Assembly: GCA_963814275.1 (NCBI GenBank)
Contig: CAWFCE010000002.1
Coordinates: forward strand, 811,263-875,262
DNA from: Candidatus Parcubacteria bacterium
GTDB taxonomy: Bacteria > Patescibacteriota > Patescibacteriia > Patescibacteriales > UBA12075
Reading direction: 5' to 3'
DNA: 64,000 bases
Position 1 is the stretch's first letter, and each line of letters begins with the position of its first letter. The translations under genes and the position numbers were made by a program. Below the pieces are notes generated by a model. The model was not told the DNA's origin, did not search any database, and saw nothing but the letters and a program-made list of their open reading frames with translations. Of the stretch, positions 1 to 7,368 are shown piece by piece.

Positions 1-2
1 AC

Positions 3-305
3 GGCAACAGCTGCGCGCAAAAGCTTTCCGATGACGAATCCGGGCTGGTGACAAGTGACGGCGGCTTCGGCAGCTGGAATGGCCCCTATATCGTGCGTAT
101 TCCGCTGGACCCTTGGGGGCGCGAATATTTCTTCGACACCGATTACCAGGTGGATATCGACGGCAATCCCTGCGGCTGCGGCGGCGGGGGCTGCACGGAT
201 GTGATCGTGGTCGGCTCTTATGGCCCGGACGGAGCCGGCAAGCCGGACGCCGGCTCGACCGGCGCGTATGGGTGTGATGATGTTATTAAGATTATCGGGA
301 GATAA
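3..305 (+). CDS. GspG-like pseudopilin (type II secretion / type IV pilus), C-terminal fragment; 5' end lies outside the window
   Basis: The frame is open from base 3. ...SWNGPYIVRIPLDPWGREYFFD... matches the GPY...DPWG-x-x-Y signature of T2SS-G/pseudopilin C-terminal domains. The tail is Gly/Cys-rich. Confidence 0.6.
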   Translation, partial: GNSCAQKLSDDESGLVTSDGGFGSWNGPYIVRIPLDPWGREYFFDTDYQVDIDGNPCGCGGGGCTDVIVVGSYGPDGAGKPDAGSTGAYGCDDVIKIIGR

Positions 306-360
306 ATAACTTGGTATTTGGAACCAATTAATTAATTTATTTATATACTATAATGTTAAC

Positions 361-441
361 CAGAAACCAGAAAACAGACAGCAGACGACAGAGACGATTT
401 TTATCCGTGTTACCGTTATCTGTTATCAGCTATCTGTTATC
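361..441. repeat. Inverted pair of 7-nt-periodic arrays: (CAGANNN)x5 at 361-395 and (CYGTTAT/CAGCTAT)x4 at 413-441
   Basis: Read directly from the sequence. Left array: cagaaac|cagaaaa|cagacag|cagacga|cagagac. A 17-nt spacer follows. Right array: ccgttat|ctgttat|cagctat|ctgttat. The right array is roughly the reverse complement of the left (shared ACAGA/TCTGT core). It sits just 5' of the 449 start codon. Confidence 0.7.
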
Positions 442-448
442 TTAAAAA

Positions 449-841
449 ATGAAACCAGTTACTGCCATTATAATCTTAATCATCATCGTAGCCGCAGGTT
501 TCGGGTTTTTGTTTGTCATTGACCATATAATGTCTCCGGCAGGTAAGAACAATATGATAAACCAGGAGGCGATTGAAGATTCGGTTCCCATCGACACGGA
601 TACTATCGAGGGAAAGCTTAAATCCATCAAAGAGTTCGAAACGCGGCAAAAGGCGGAAGATAATCGCAGCGAAGAAGAAAAAGCCGCTGAATATGAAAAG
701 GGTAAACAGATCATAGAAGAGTTTGAGAATAGGCAAAGAGAGGAAAACAATCAGAGTGAAGCAGACAAAAAAGCCGAACTGGGAGAAAAACTAAAAGTAA
801 TTGAAGAGTTTGAGGCGCGGCAAAAAGCAGATAGTTTATAA
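449..841 (+). CDS. Membrane-anchored coiled-coil protein with three I-[KE]-E-F-E-x-R-Q-[KR] repeats
   Basis: N-terminal hydrophobic helix (TAIIILIIIVAAGFGFLFVI). Three repeats follow, about 30 aa apart: SIKEFETRQKAEDN / IIEEFENRQREENN / VIEEFEARQKADS. Confidence 0.6.
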   Translation: MKPVTAIIILIIIVAAGFGFLFVIDHIMSPAGKNNMINQEAIEDSVPIDTDTIEGKLKSIKEFETRQKAEDNRSEEEKAAEYEKGKQIIEEFENRQREENNQSEADKKAELGEKLKVIEEFEARQKADSL

Positions 842-869
842 TCCAAATTTACTATAAATAACAAAATAT

Positions 870-3092
870 ATGATGATTTCCAAAATGCGAATTTTAGCCC
901 ATTTATTTCTGGCGATTTTTTTGACACTCGGCTTATCCATTTCCCTCCAGTCCCTGCTCGCCGCCTGGACCCCTCCAAGTGCAGCCCCGCCAAACGGCAA
1001 TGTAACCGAGCCATTGTATACTGCCACGCTTTCAGACCCGGTAAATCAAACCAAGTATGGAATTTTGAATTTAATAGACGGATTCACGGTTGACACTAAT
1101 ACGCTTGTAGTAGATGCGACAGGTAATAAAGTCGGTATCGGTATGAATGATCCAAATGTTAAATTGACAATCGGGACCAAAGGCGGCAATGTTGCTAACG
1201 GGACCATTGCCAGTTTCTATAATGGGGATGAAACCACATTAAAAGTATTAGCGGTTGCCAATACGAACGGTACTGGTGCTCACATGCAGTTAATGGAAAA
1301 CAATCCTAACCTATACGGTTTTGACACCTGGTATGACACCGGAAACAATATGCTGTTAATAGATTCGTATGTAAATAATACTAAAACCAACATAATTGAT
1401 ATCACAACAGCCGGCAATGTCGGTATCGGTGCGGTTAATCCAAATGCCCGTTTAACAGTCAAAACAAATACCGCCTTTAATCAGTTCAGCCTGATTACCG
1501 AAGGTGTAATCGCTGGAGGCTGGGCCAGGGGGGCTGATATGCAGTATTACGAATCGGCCGCTCCAACAACTCTGCATCGCGGGTTCGCTTACGGTATGTA
1601 CGGTTCTGGCGATACATTGACCGGAACCTATTTTTCTTCCGTAAAAGATGATGCCGCCCCCTGGACTACGGCGCAATTATTTCTAAATAGTAATGGTAAT
1701 GTCGGAATAGGAACGAATGCGCCGGTAAATCAGCTTACCGTGTTAAATGACGGCTCGGATGCTATTACGATGGCTGTCGGAGGACCTTATCCGGCAGTAA
1801 GTGGAGTGAGCGGAACAAATTATTACAAACAATTAGAAATAAAAGAACCGGTATATAAAATACCCACTGGTTATACTGAAAATGGGTATCGTATCGGTTT
1901 GGCAGTGCAGGGATATGTTTCTACGAGTGATTTTGCGGGTACGTTAAAGGATCAGTATGGAGCATGGATAAGGACTGGGTCTAATTCAAATAATCCGACA
2001 GGTACTATAACAAATTCATATGGTGTATATATAGATAATTTAAGCTCCCCAAACGTAACTATCACAAAATCTTATGGTTTATACCAGTCTTCATCGGGAG
2101 CAATGAACTATTTTGCCGGCAACGTCGGCATCGGGACGAATGCGCCAGGAACAAAGTTGGATGTCGCGGGCGTTATACAGTCAAATGATATGGGGCGTTT
2201 CAAAGGCTGGACGGCGACCGGCGCAACCGGCCGGGCAGTTGAAGTGGGAATTTCCAGCGGTATTGGCTATGTTTATAATTATGATAGAACAGCCAGTACT
2301 TATGGTGAGCTGGATTTTAATAACGCCATCCGCATAGTAGGCAGTAATGGTAATATCGGAATTCATACTACTGCCCCGACCCTGCCAGTAGATATTCGGG
2401 GTTATACCAGGATTGACGGTTCTGCCAGTTATGATGTTTGGATACAGGGGGGTAGTAGTACCGCCGGCGGCGATGCCCGCAATTTAGCGATGTTAGGTAT
2501 AAAGGCAACTGATGTGCTTTCTATAAATCATTCTTCGGAATATGCCGGCGGAACGCAAATCGGTGGTCCTGTTAGCGTAGTCGGCAACCTTACCGTTTCC
2601 GGACAATATCTTGGTGGTTCCTGTGATGTGGCCGAACGCTACCAGGCGGTAGAGGAGGATTCCGAAATACTCGAACCGGGGGATATCGTCTCGTTATCAG
2701 CCGACAATGAACTGAAGATCGAAAAAGTCAGCGCTCCTCTCAGCAGTATGGCGATCGGCGTTTATTCCACTAAGCCGCAGATGGTGATGGGCGATACCGA
2801 TGAGGCCAAAGATCGCAATGACCCGCCGGTCGCCCTGATCGGCCGGGTGCCGGTCAAGGTGACGGACGAGAACGGGCCGGTCAAAGTGGGTGATCTGATC
2901 GTCAGTTCATCGAAGCCCGGCTACGGTATGGGTTGCCGATTGAAAGAGCTGGATTTATCCCTGCCCGAGGATGAGCGTTGGCAGATACTGGCCGACAACG
3001 AGAAATGCCGCAACGCCGCGATCGGCAAAGCGCTCGAGAATCTGGGGGCAGGCGAGGGAAGGATCGAAGTATTTTTAACCAAAGGAAATTAG
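870..3092 (+). CDS. Secreted fibre/beta-helix-like protein with GN[VI]GIG repeats and a conserved C-terminal domain
   Basis: Signal-like N-terminus (LFLAIFLTLGLSISLQSLLA). There are five copies of G-N-x-[VI]-G-I-G-x-x-x-P-x-x-x-L-[TD]-[VI] (GNKVGIGMNDPNVKLTI, GNVGIGAVNPNARLTV, GNVGIGTNAPVNQLTV, GNVGIGTNAPGTKLDV, GNIGIHTTAPTLPVDI). This motif is typical of tail-fibre-like proteins. The C-terminal module is CDVAERY...EPGDIV...PVALIGRVPVKV...VKVGDLIVSS. Confidence 0.75.
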   Translation: MMISKMRILAHLFLAIFLTLGLSISLQSLLAAWTPPSAAPPNGNVTEPLYTATLSDPVNQTKYGILNLIDGFTVDTNTLVVDATGNKVGIGMNDPNVKLTIGTKGGNVANGTIASFYNGDETTLKVLAVANTNGTGAHMQLMENNPNLYGFDTWYDTGNNMLLIDSYVNNTKTNIIDITTAGNVGIGAVNPNARLTVKTNTAFNQFSLITEGVIAGGWARGADMQYYESAAPTTLHRGFAYGMYGSGDTLTGTYFSSVKDDAAPWTTAQLFLNSNGNVGIGTNAPVNQLTVLNDGSDAITMAVGGPYPAVSGVSGTNYYKQLEIKEPVYKIPTGYTENGYRIGLAVQGYVSTSDFAGTLKDQYGAWIRTGSNSNNPTGTITNSYGVYIDNLSSPNVTITKSYGLYQSSSGAMNYFAGNVGIGTNAPGTKLDVAGVIQSNDMGRFKGWTATGATGRAVEVGISSGIGYVYNYDRTASTYGELDFNNAIRIVGSNGNIGIHTTAPTLPVDIRGYTRIDGSASYDVWIQGGSSTAGGDARNLAMLGIKATDVLSINHSSEYAGGTQIGGPVSVVGNLTVSGQYLGGSCDVAERYQAVEEDSEILEPGDIVSLSADNELKIEKVSAPLSSMAIGVYSTKPQMVMGDTDEAKDRNDPPVALIGRVPVKVTDENGPVKVGDLIVSSSKPGYGMGCRLKELDLSLPEDERWQILADNEKCRNAAIGKALENLGAGEGRIEVFLTKGN

Positions 3093-3181
3093 CAGAGAAA
3101 TAATATTTAATAAAATTTACAATTCAGCTAAATATTAATGCTAGCGGTTATTTAGGTTGCAATATTTATTTACGGCCGATG

Positions 3182-3210
3182 TTGCCCGATAATAAATATT
3201 AATATATAAT
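3182..3210 (+). promoter_or_regulatory. Candidate sigma70-type promoter (TTGCCC-17 nt-TATAAT)
   Basis: TTGCCC lies at 3182-3187 and TATAAT at 3205-3210, with a 17-nt spacer. It sits 30 nt upstream of the 3240 start. The surrounding DNA is AT-rich, so a chance match is possible. Confidence 0.35.
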
Positions 3211-3239
3211 TCAAGATATAATACGTAATTATTGAGTTT

Positions 3240-3620
3240 ATGCCGACAAATAATAACAGTATAATAAATATCGATACTGGCTTATATCCTCTCGAAGCAG
3301 TAATTAGCGCTAGTTACGTTTTTCTGGATAGGGCGTATATTCTCCTGGATCAACCCAAAACCGGAGTCGTCAAAGTGTCTTTTAAACCCAAAAAGGGTGG
3401 TGCGGCAAAGCTAAAAGACGAATTCATGAATGAATTACTGTTCGCGGTTGAGCGTCTAAATGCCGCCAAAAGAAATAAAAGGATACGCGAATTTATCGTC
3501 GGCCGCGCCCTCTTCAGCTCAGTCAATTATAATGAGGCAAACGCCGGCCTTGAAGCTTTAAGCATGAGTGATAACGAGAAAGATCCACTGGGGATCGGTA
3601 CACCCTGGCAAGAAAAATAA
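3240..3620 (+). CDS. HxsD-like small protein (His-Xaa-Ser system accessory protein-like)
   Basis: 126 aa. The N-terminal 'IDTGLYPLEAVISASYVFLDRAYILLD' resembles, from memory, the Y-x-x-E-A-[VL]...Y-x-F-x-D pattern of HxsD (TIGR03976). It lies directly upstream of an HxsB-like SPASM protein. Not verified by HMM. Confidence 0.4.
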   Translation: MPTNNNSIINIDTGLYPLEAVISASYVFLDRAYILLDQPKTGVVKVSFKPKKGGAAKLKDEFMNELLFAVERLNAAKRNKRIREFIVGRALFSSVNYNEANAGLEALSMSDNEKDPLGIGTPWQEK

Positions 3621-3684
3621 TAAATGCCGGGAAATGTATTAAATAAACTAATATACCGAGGGCAGATTAACAGCAACCAGAGAT

Positions 3685-3888
3685 ATGCAAATGAAATTCA
3701 ATAAGAAAATTTATAATAAAAAAGCGCTTAAGCGGGCAATAACCGATTTTCGAGACTTTGCTACTTTTCAGCTTGAAACAAACGCAAACTATTATATAAT
3801 CAGAACGGCGGAAAAGATAAATACAAAAAATCAGGCGGAGTTAAGCGATGAATTCGGGAACTACGCGCTTGGTTTGTTGAAAAAATGA
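3685..3888 (+). CDS. Second, shorter HxsD-like small protein
   Basis: 67 aa. 'FNKKIYNKKALKRAITDFRDFATFQLE' shows the same pattern as the 3240 product. The stop overlaps the next start (ATGA at 3885-3888). Confidence 0.35.
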   Translation: MQMKFNKKIYNKKALKRAITDFRDFATFQLETNANYYIIRTAEKINTKNQAELSDEFGNYALGLLKK

Positions 3889-5324
3889 AAAAAATAAATC
3901 CAAAAATCAATGATAATCTGACCGCCATCGGATATAAAATGATCAATGGCCAGTATTTGCTGGTCAATTGGTGGGGGTATTACGTATATTTGACTCCCGA
4001 AGAATTCTCTTTTGTCCAGTCGAACCAGGAAGTGGATGATGACAAACTGCATGCCTATCTTTCCAGTAATTTTTTTCTGCGCCGCTGTATCAACACGTCA
4101 TTTTTGACGGATCGTTTTCGGATCAAAAAACGATACCTGCTCGAAGGGCCAACCAGGCACGATATCAAAATTAACCGGCGCAGAAATGACGGATACGTTT
4201 TGGATTGGAGCAGCTCCGACGATAGCAGCGATGCCAGCGAAGCGGTGATGAGTAAAACCACCGCCGACAAGGTATTGGACTCAGTCTTCGGGACTACGGC
4301 GAAAAGAATAAATATCAATCTCAAAGGCGGCGAGCCGTTGATCAATTTCGATTCGGTCGATTATATTATAAAAAGGATAAAAGCCAAGAAAAAAACCGTT
4401 AATAAGCAAGTTACCGTTACGATCCAGACTAACGGTGTACTCCTGGACAGGAAAACGCTTGATTATTTTTTGTCCGCGAAAATAACCATTAAATTGCCAT
4501 TAGCCGGACCGTCGGAAATTCATGACCCGTTATTTCCCAGCGTCAAAAATCACTATGCCCATATTACCGGATTATTGAAACATATAAAAGAAAAATATCC
4601 CAAATTGGCGTACGACAATAAAAGAGCGGTGGTGAATTTCCAACCGGTAGTGACCAAAGATTCGCTCAAACACGGACGCCGTATAGTTGATGAATATGCC
4701 AAACTGGGAATAAAGGAAATCACATTATCTCCCCTGGACCCCTATGGCCTAAATCCGCAAATATGGCGGTGTTATGGATATTCACTCGACAAATTTTTCG
4801 AATTTTACAAATCTGCGCTTGACCGTATAATCGAGCTAAATCTCGGCAAAAAAATAATAAAAGATAATTTTTCCTCGATATTTTTAACAAAAATACTTAC
4901 CGACCGGGACCCCGACCATCCGGAATGGCGTTCGCCGTGCGGCGCTGGTATCGGCCGCCTGAGTTACGATACAGATGGTTCCGTCTTTACCTGCGATGAG
5001 GGTATGGCATTGTCAAAAAAGGGTGATAATGTTTTCCGGCTGGGGAATGCGAATAAAAACGATTATGAAGATTTAGTTACACACCCCACGACCAGGGCGG
5101 TGTGTACTGCTTCATGCGTTGAAGCCTTGCCGGGTTGCGATAATTGTATATATCACCCTTATTGCGGAGTGTGTCCTGTATACAGTTATCACACCTCGGG
5201 TAACATCGTTTCCAACTTTTCGGAAAACGCCAGATGCAAATTAACAACCGGTATCCTGGATAATTTGTTTGTTAAATTGCAGGACAAAAAAACGAAACGC
5301 CTGTTTACGGAATGGGTTTGCTGA
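3885..5324 (+). CDS. HxsB-like SPASM-domain protein that lacks the radical-SAM CxxxCxxC triad (probable pseudo-rSAM)
   Basis: 479 aa. The GGEP strand (NLKGGEPLINFD) is retained. So is a full SPASM Cys set (SPCGAG...DGSVFTCDEG...CTASC...PGCDNCIYHPYCGVCP). At the position where the triad should sit (aa 95-108) the sequence reads KINRRRNDGYVLDW and has no Cys. Confidence 0.7.
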   Translation: MKKINPKINDNLTAIGYKMINGQYLLVNWWGYYVYLTPEEFSFVQSNQEVDDDKLHAYLSSNFFLRRCINTSFLTDRFRIKKRYLLEGPTRHDIKINRRRNDGYVLDWSSSDDSSDASEAVMSKTTADKVLDSVFGTTAKRININLKGGEPLINFDSVDYIIKRIKAKKKTVNKQVTVTIQTNGVLLDRKTLDYFLSAKITIKLPLAGPSEIHDPLFPSVKNHYAHITGLLKHIKEKYPKLAYDNKRAVVNFQPVVTKDSLKHGRRIVDEYAKLGIKEITLSPLDPYGLNPQIWRCYGYSLDKFFEFYKSALDRIIELNLGKKIIKDNFSSIFLTKILTDRDPDHPEWRSPCGAGIGRLSYDTDGSVFTCDEGMALSKKGDNVFRLGNANKNDYEDLVTHPTTRAVCTASCVEALPGCDNCIYHPYCGVCPVYSYHTSGNIVSNFSENARCKLTTGILDNLFVKLQDKKTKRLFTEWVC

Positions 5325-5358
5325 TATTTTAATTATTTTTAAATTTTTTCTATATCAT

Positions 5359-5598
5359 ATGGCCAAAAAGAAATCAAAGCTTACCCCAAAATATCCCAAT
5401 ATCAAAAGGGATATTAAAGATTTTTTACTGAACGAAGAAGGCAATATTACGAAAAAGGATATCGTTAAAATGGGTTTGGGCCTGATGGTGCTGGGCTTGG
5501 GTCTGAAATCGAATATCGATGCAAAAGCCGAAGCGCCCAACAACACGGTTTGCGACAGATGCAGTGCTCAGCTGGGTCAATGCCATCCCTGGTATTGA
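5359..5598 (+). CDS. Small membrane-anchored peptide with a 3-Cys C-terminal tail (candidate modified peptide)
   Basis: ATG at 5359 gives 79 aa: MAKKKSKL...KDFLLNEEGNITKKDIVKMGLGLMVLGLGLKSNIDAKAEAPNNTVCDRCSAQLGQCHPWY. The order is a basic N-terminus, one hydrophobic helix, then a CxxC...C tail. The longer track ORF starting at 5269 overlaps the preceding gene and was not used. Confidence 0.5.
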   Translation: MAKKKSKLTPKYPNIKRDIKDFLLNEEGNITKKDIVKMGLGLMVLGLGLKSNIDAKAEAPNNTVCDRCSAQLGQCHPWY

Positions 5599-5613
5599 TC
5601 GGTATACAATTAT

Positions 5614-6564
5614 ATGTCAATGTCATATTACGCTAAAATTACAATTTTTTTTCTGGGTTGCCTTGCCTTAGGTGTGGTAATAGGAACCATTGGCGGCGTT
5701 GCTTATCATTGGCACAAAATGAACCAAATTTCTGAAAATATACCCGTAGTCAATCCAAGCCCAACGCCATCGGATAATCTGTCCGCCTCCACGTCCGCTC
5801 AGAATAGCGAAATATCAGTATCAAGTACCACGACAATCGTTGAAAATTTTATACCGCTCACAATAGAAGAAAGGACAGCTTGTATTACCCACCTAAAAAA
5901 TTCCGATGAGAACGAGTTGGCCAACCAGGCGAAAAATATCAGGTATCCCCATGGGGCAGTGGCGGATGATGAGAGGGATCGGATAAATGCAGCACAAAAA
6001 TATTTGTTATTGTATTTTATGGGTAATTATAACTTCGAAAGAAAAGACGAGGATTACGAAAAAATAGTCGATTATATAAATAATATGGATAATATAACCG
6101 AGGATACGAGAAATGTGGAAATGACGGGTTTGACCCAGCTAGCCGATAGTCCCGCCACTTCTTTTACGATTGCCCTGGCAGACGCTGATTATAATTATAT
6201 ATGTCCCGATAAATTATCCGATTTATGCATAAACCGCACCAGAATTTCCGGAGCGCCGGTTTATGAGGAGTGGTGCCAAAACTTATGCGATGATATTACA
6301 GAATATCCGGTCGACACACAACGATACAAACAGGAAATTACGGAATTCACCGACTGGCAGAATGATAAAAATTATGCATATGGACAAAGTACTTGGCGGG
6401 CGGCAATGGCATATCGGCTGGAAGGCAGAGACAAAGCGGTTAGCGTATGCGACAATTTAAGAGAGAATGATGTTAAAAACATTTGTATCGGTGAAGTTGA
6501 TGATTATGATAAATTTAACCCCGAGATATCCTTCGATAAATTTGTCAACATCGTTTGCCAGTAA
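5614..6564 (+). CDS. Membrane-anchored hypothetical protein with a Cys-rich ectodomain
   Basis: 316-aa ORF with an N-terminal TM helix (ITIFFLGCLALGVVIGTIGGVAY), a Ser/Thr-rich linker and 9 Cys after the TM helix. No recognisable family. Confidence 0.6.
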   Translation: MSMSYYAKITIFFLGCLALGVVIGTIGGVAYHWHKMNQISENIPVVNPSPTPSDNLSASTSAQNSEISVSSTTTIVENFIPLTIEERTACITHLKNSDENELANQAKNIRYPHGAVADDERDRINAAQKYLLLYFMGNYNFERKDEDYEKIVDYINNMDNITEDTRNVEMTGLTQLADSPATSFTIALADADYNYICPDKLSDLCINRTRISGAPVYEEWCQNLCDDITEYPVDTQRYKQEITEFTDWQNDKNYAYGQSTWRAAMAYRLEGRDKAVSVCDNLRENDVKNICIGEVDDYDKFNPEISFDKFVNIVCQ

Positions 6565-6626
6565 TTGTGGCATTTTAATAATTAACCGGTAATAAGATAT
6601 TTTTTTAAAAATATCTTTTTTAGTAT

Positions 6627-7331
6627 ATGAAAGCCATTATTCTTGCCGCCGGGATCAGCCGCAGAATGAGACCGTTAACCGATGATATGCCGAAAAGTCT
6701 GCTTGAGGTCGGGGATGAAACGATCCTTAATAGGCAAATCAGGATATTGATGAATGTTTGCGAAAGTATCGTGGTTGTTGTCGGATATAAAAAGGAAAAA
6801 GTAATAAACATATTACCGGCCGGCGCAAAAGCCATAATTAATAATGCCTACAAGCATACCAACAGTATTTACTCGCTTTGGCTAGCCAGGAAAGAGTTTG
6901 GCGACGATCTGTTATTATTGAACAGTGATGTTATTTTCGATGAAAATTTGATAGGGGACTTAAAAGACACCAAAGATGGAATTTGTGTAGCCTTGTCAAC
7001 CGATTGGCAATATGATAAAGGTTATAAAGTCGAAGGGGATAATAAAAGAGTGAAAAGAATGGGCATGGAGATGTCGAAGGAAAAAATTTTGGGAGAATAT
7101 GCCGGCATCATCAAGATAAAAAAGGAGAAAGTACCGGTATTGACGGAATATTTAAAAATAATGCTTAATGAGTCCGAAGAATACTGGTTTGAAGATGTTT
7201 TTTCCCGTATGGCAGGGGATAGAGTTGATATCGGGTTTTTCGATGTCAAAAAATATTTATGGTTTGAAGTCGACACGGTCGAAGAATATTTGGCCGCAGG
7301 AAAAGCAATTGCTTCCCTCGAAACAAGATAA
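6627..7331 (+). CDS. Nucleotidyltransferase (LicC/sugar- or phosphoalcohol-phosphate cytidylyl/nucleotidyl-transferase family)
   Basis: The N-terminus MKAIILAAGISRRMRPLTDDMPKSLLEV is the G-x-G-x-R-[ML] NTP-transferase signature. The 234-aa single-domain size fits. Confidence 0.75.
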   Translation: MKAIILAAGISRRMRPLTDDMPKSLLEVGDETILNRQIRILMNVCESIVVVVGYKKEKVINILPAGAKAIINNAYKHTNSIYSLWLARKEFGDDLLLLNSDVIFDENLIGDLKDTKDGICVALSTDWQYDKGYKVEGDNKRVKRMGMEMSKEKILGEYAGIIKIKKEKVPVLTEYLKIMLNESEEYWFEDVFSRMAGDRVDIGFFDVKKYLWFEVDTVEEYLAAGKAIASLETR

Positions 7332-7368
7332 TCGAAATATTCAAATGTAGAAAAAAATACAACGTATC

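Noticed and set aside
361-441. Heptamer arrays as a possible CRISPR array (also 55991-56025 and 62469-62496)
   Set aside because: The units are 7 nt and directly abutting, with no spacers. CRISPR repeats are about 24-48 nt and are separated by unique spacers. No cas genes are present.
5269-5358. Upstream extension of the small-peptide ORF (track start at 5269)
   Set aside because: The extension overlaps the last 56 nt of the 3885-5324 gene and adds a Cys/Arg-rich junk-like N-terminus. The ATG at 5359 gives a coherent basic N-terminus, TM helix and tail.
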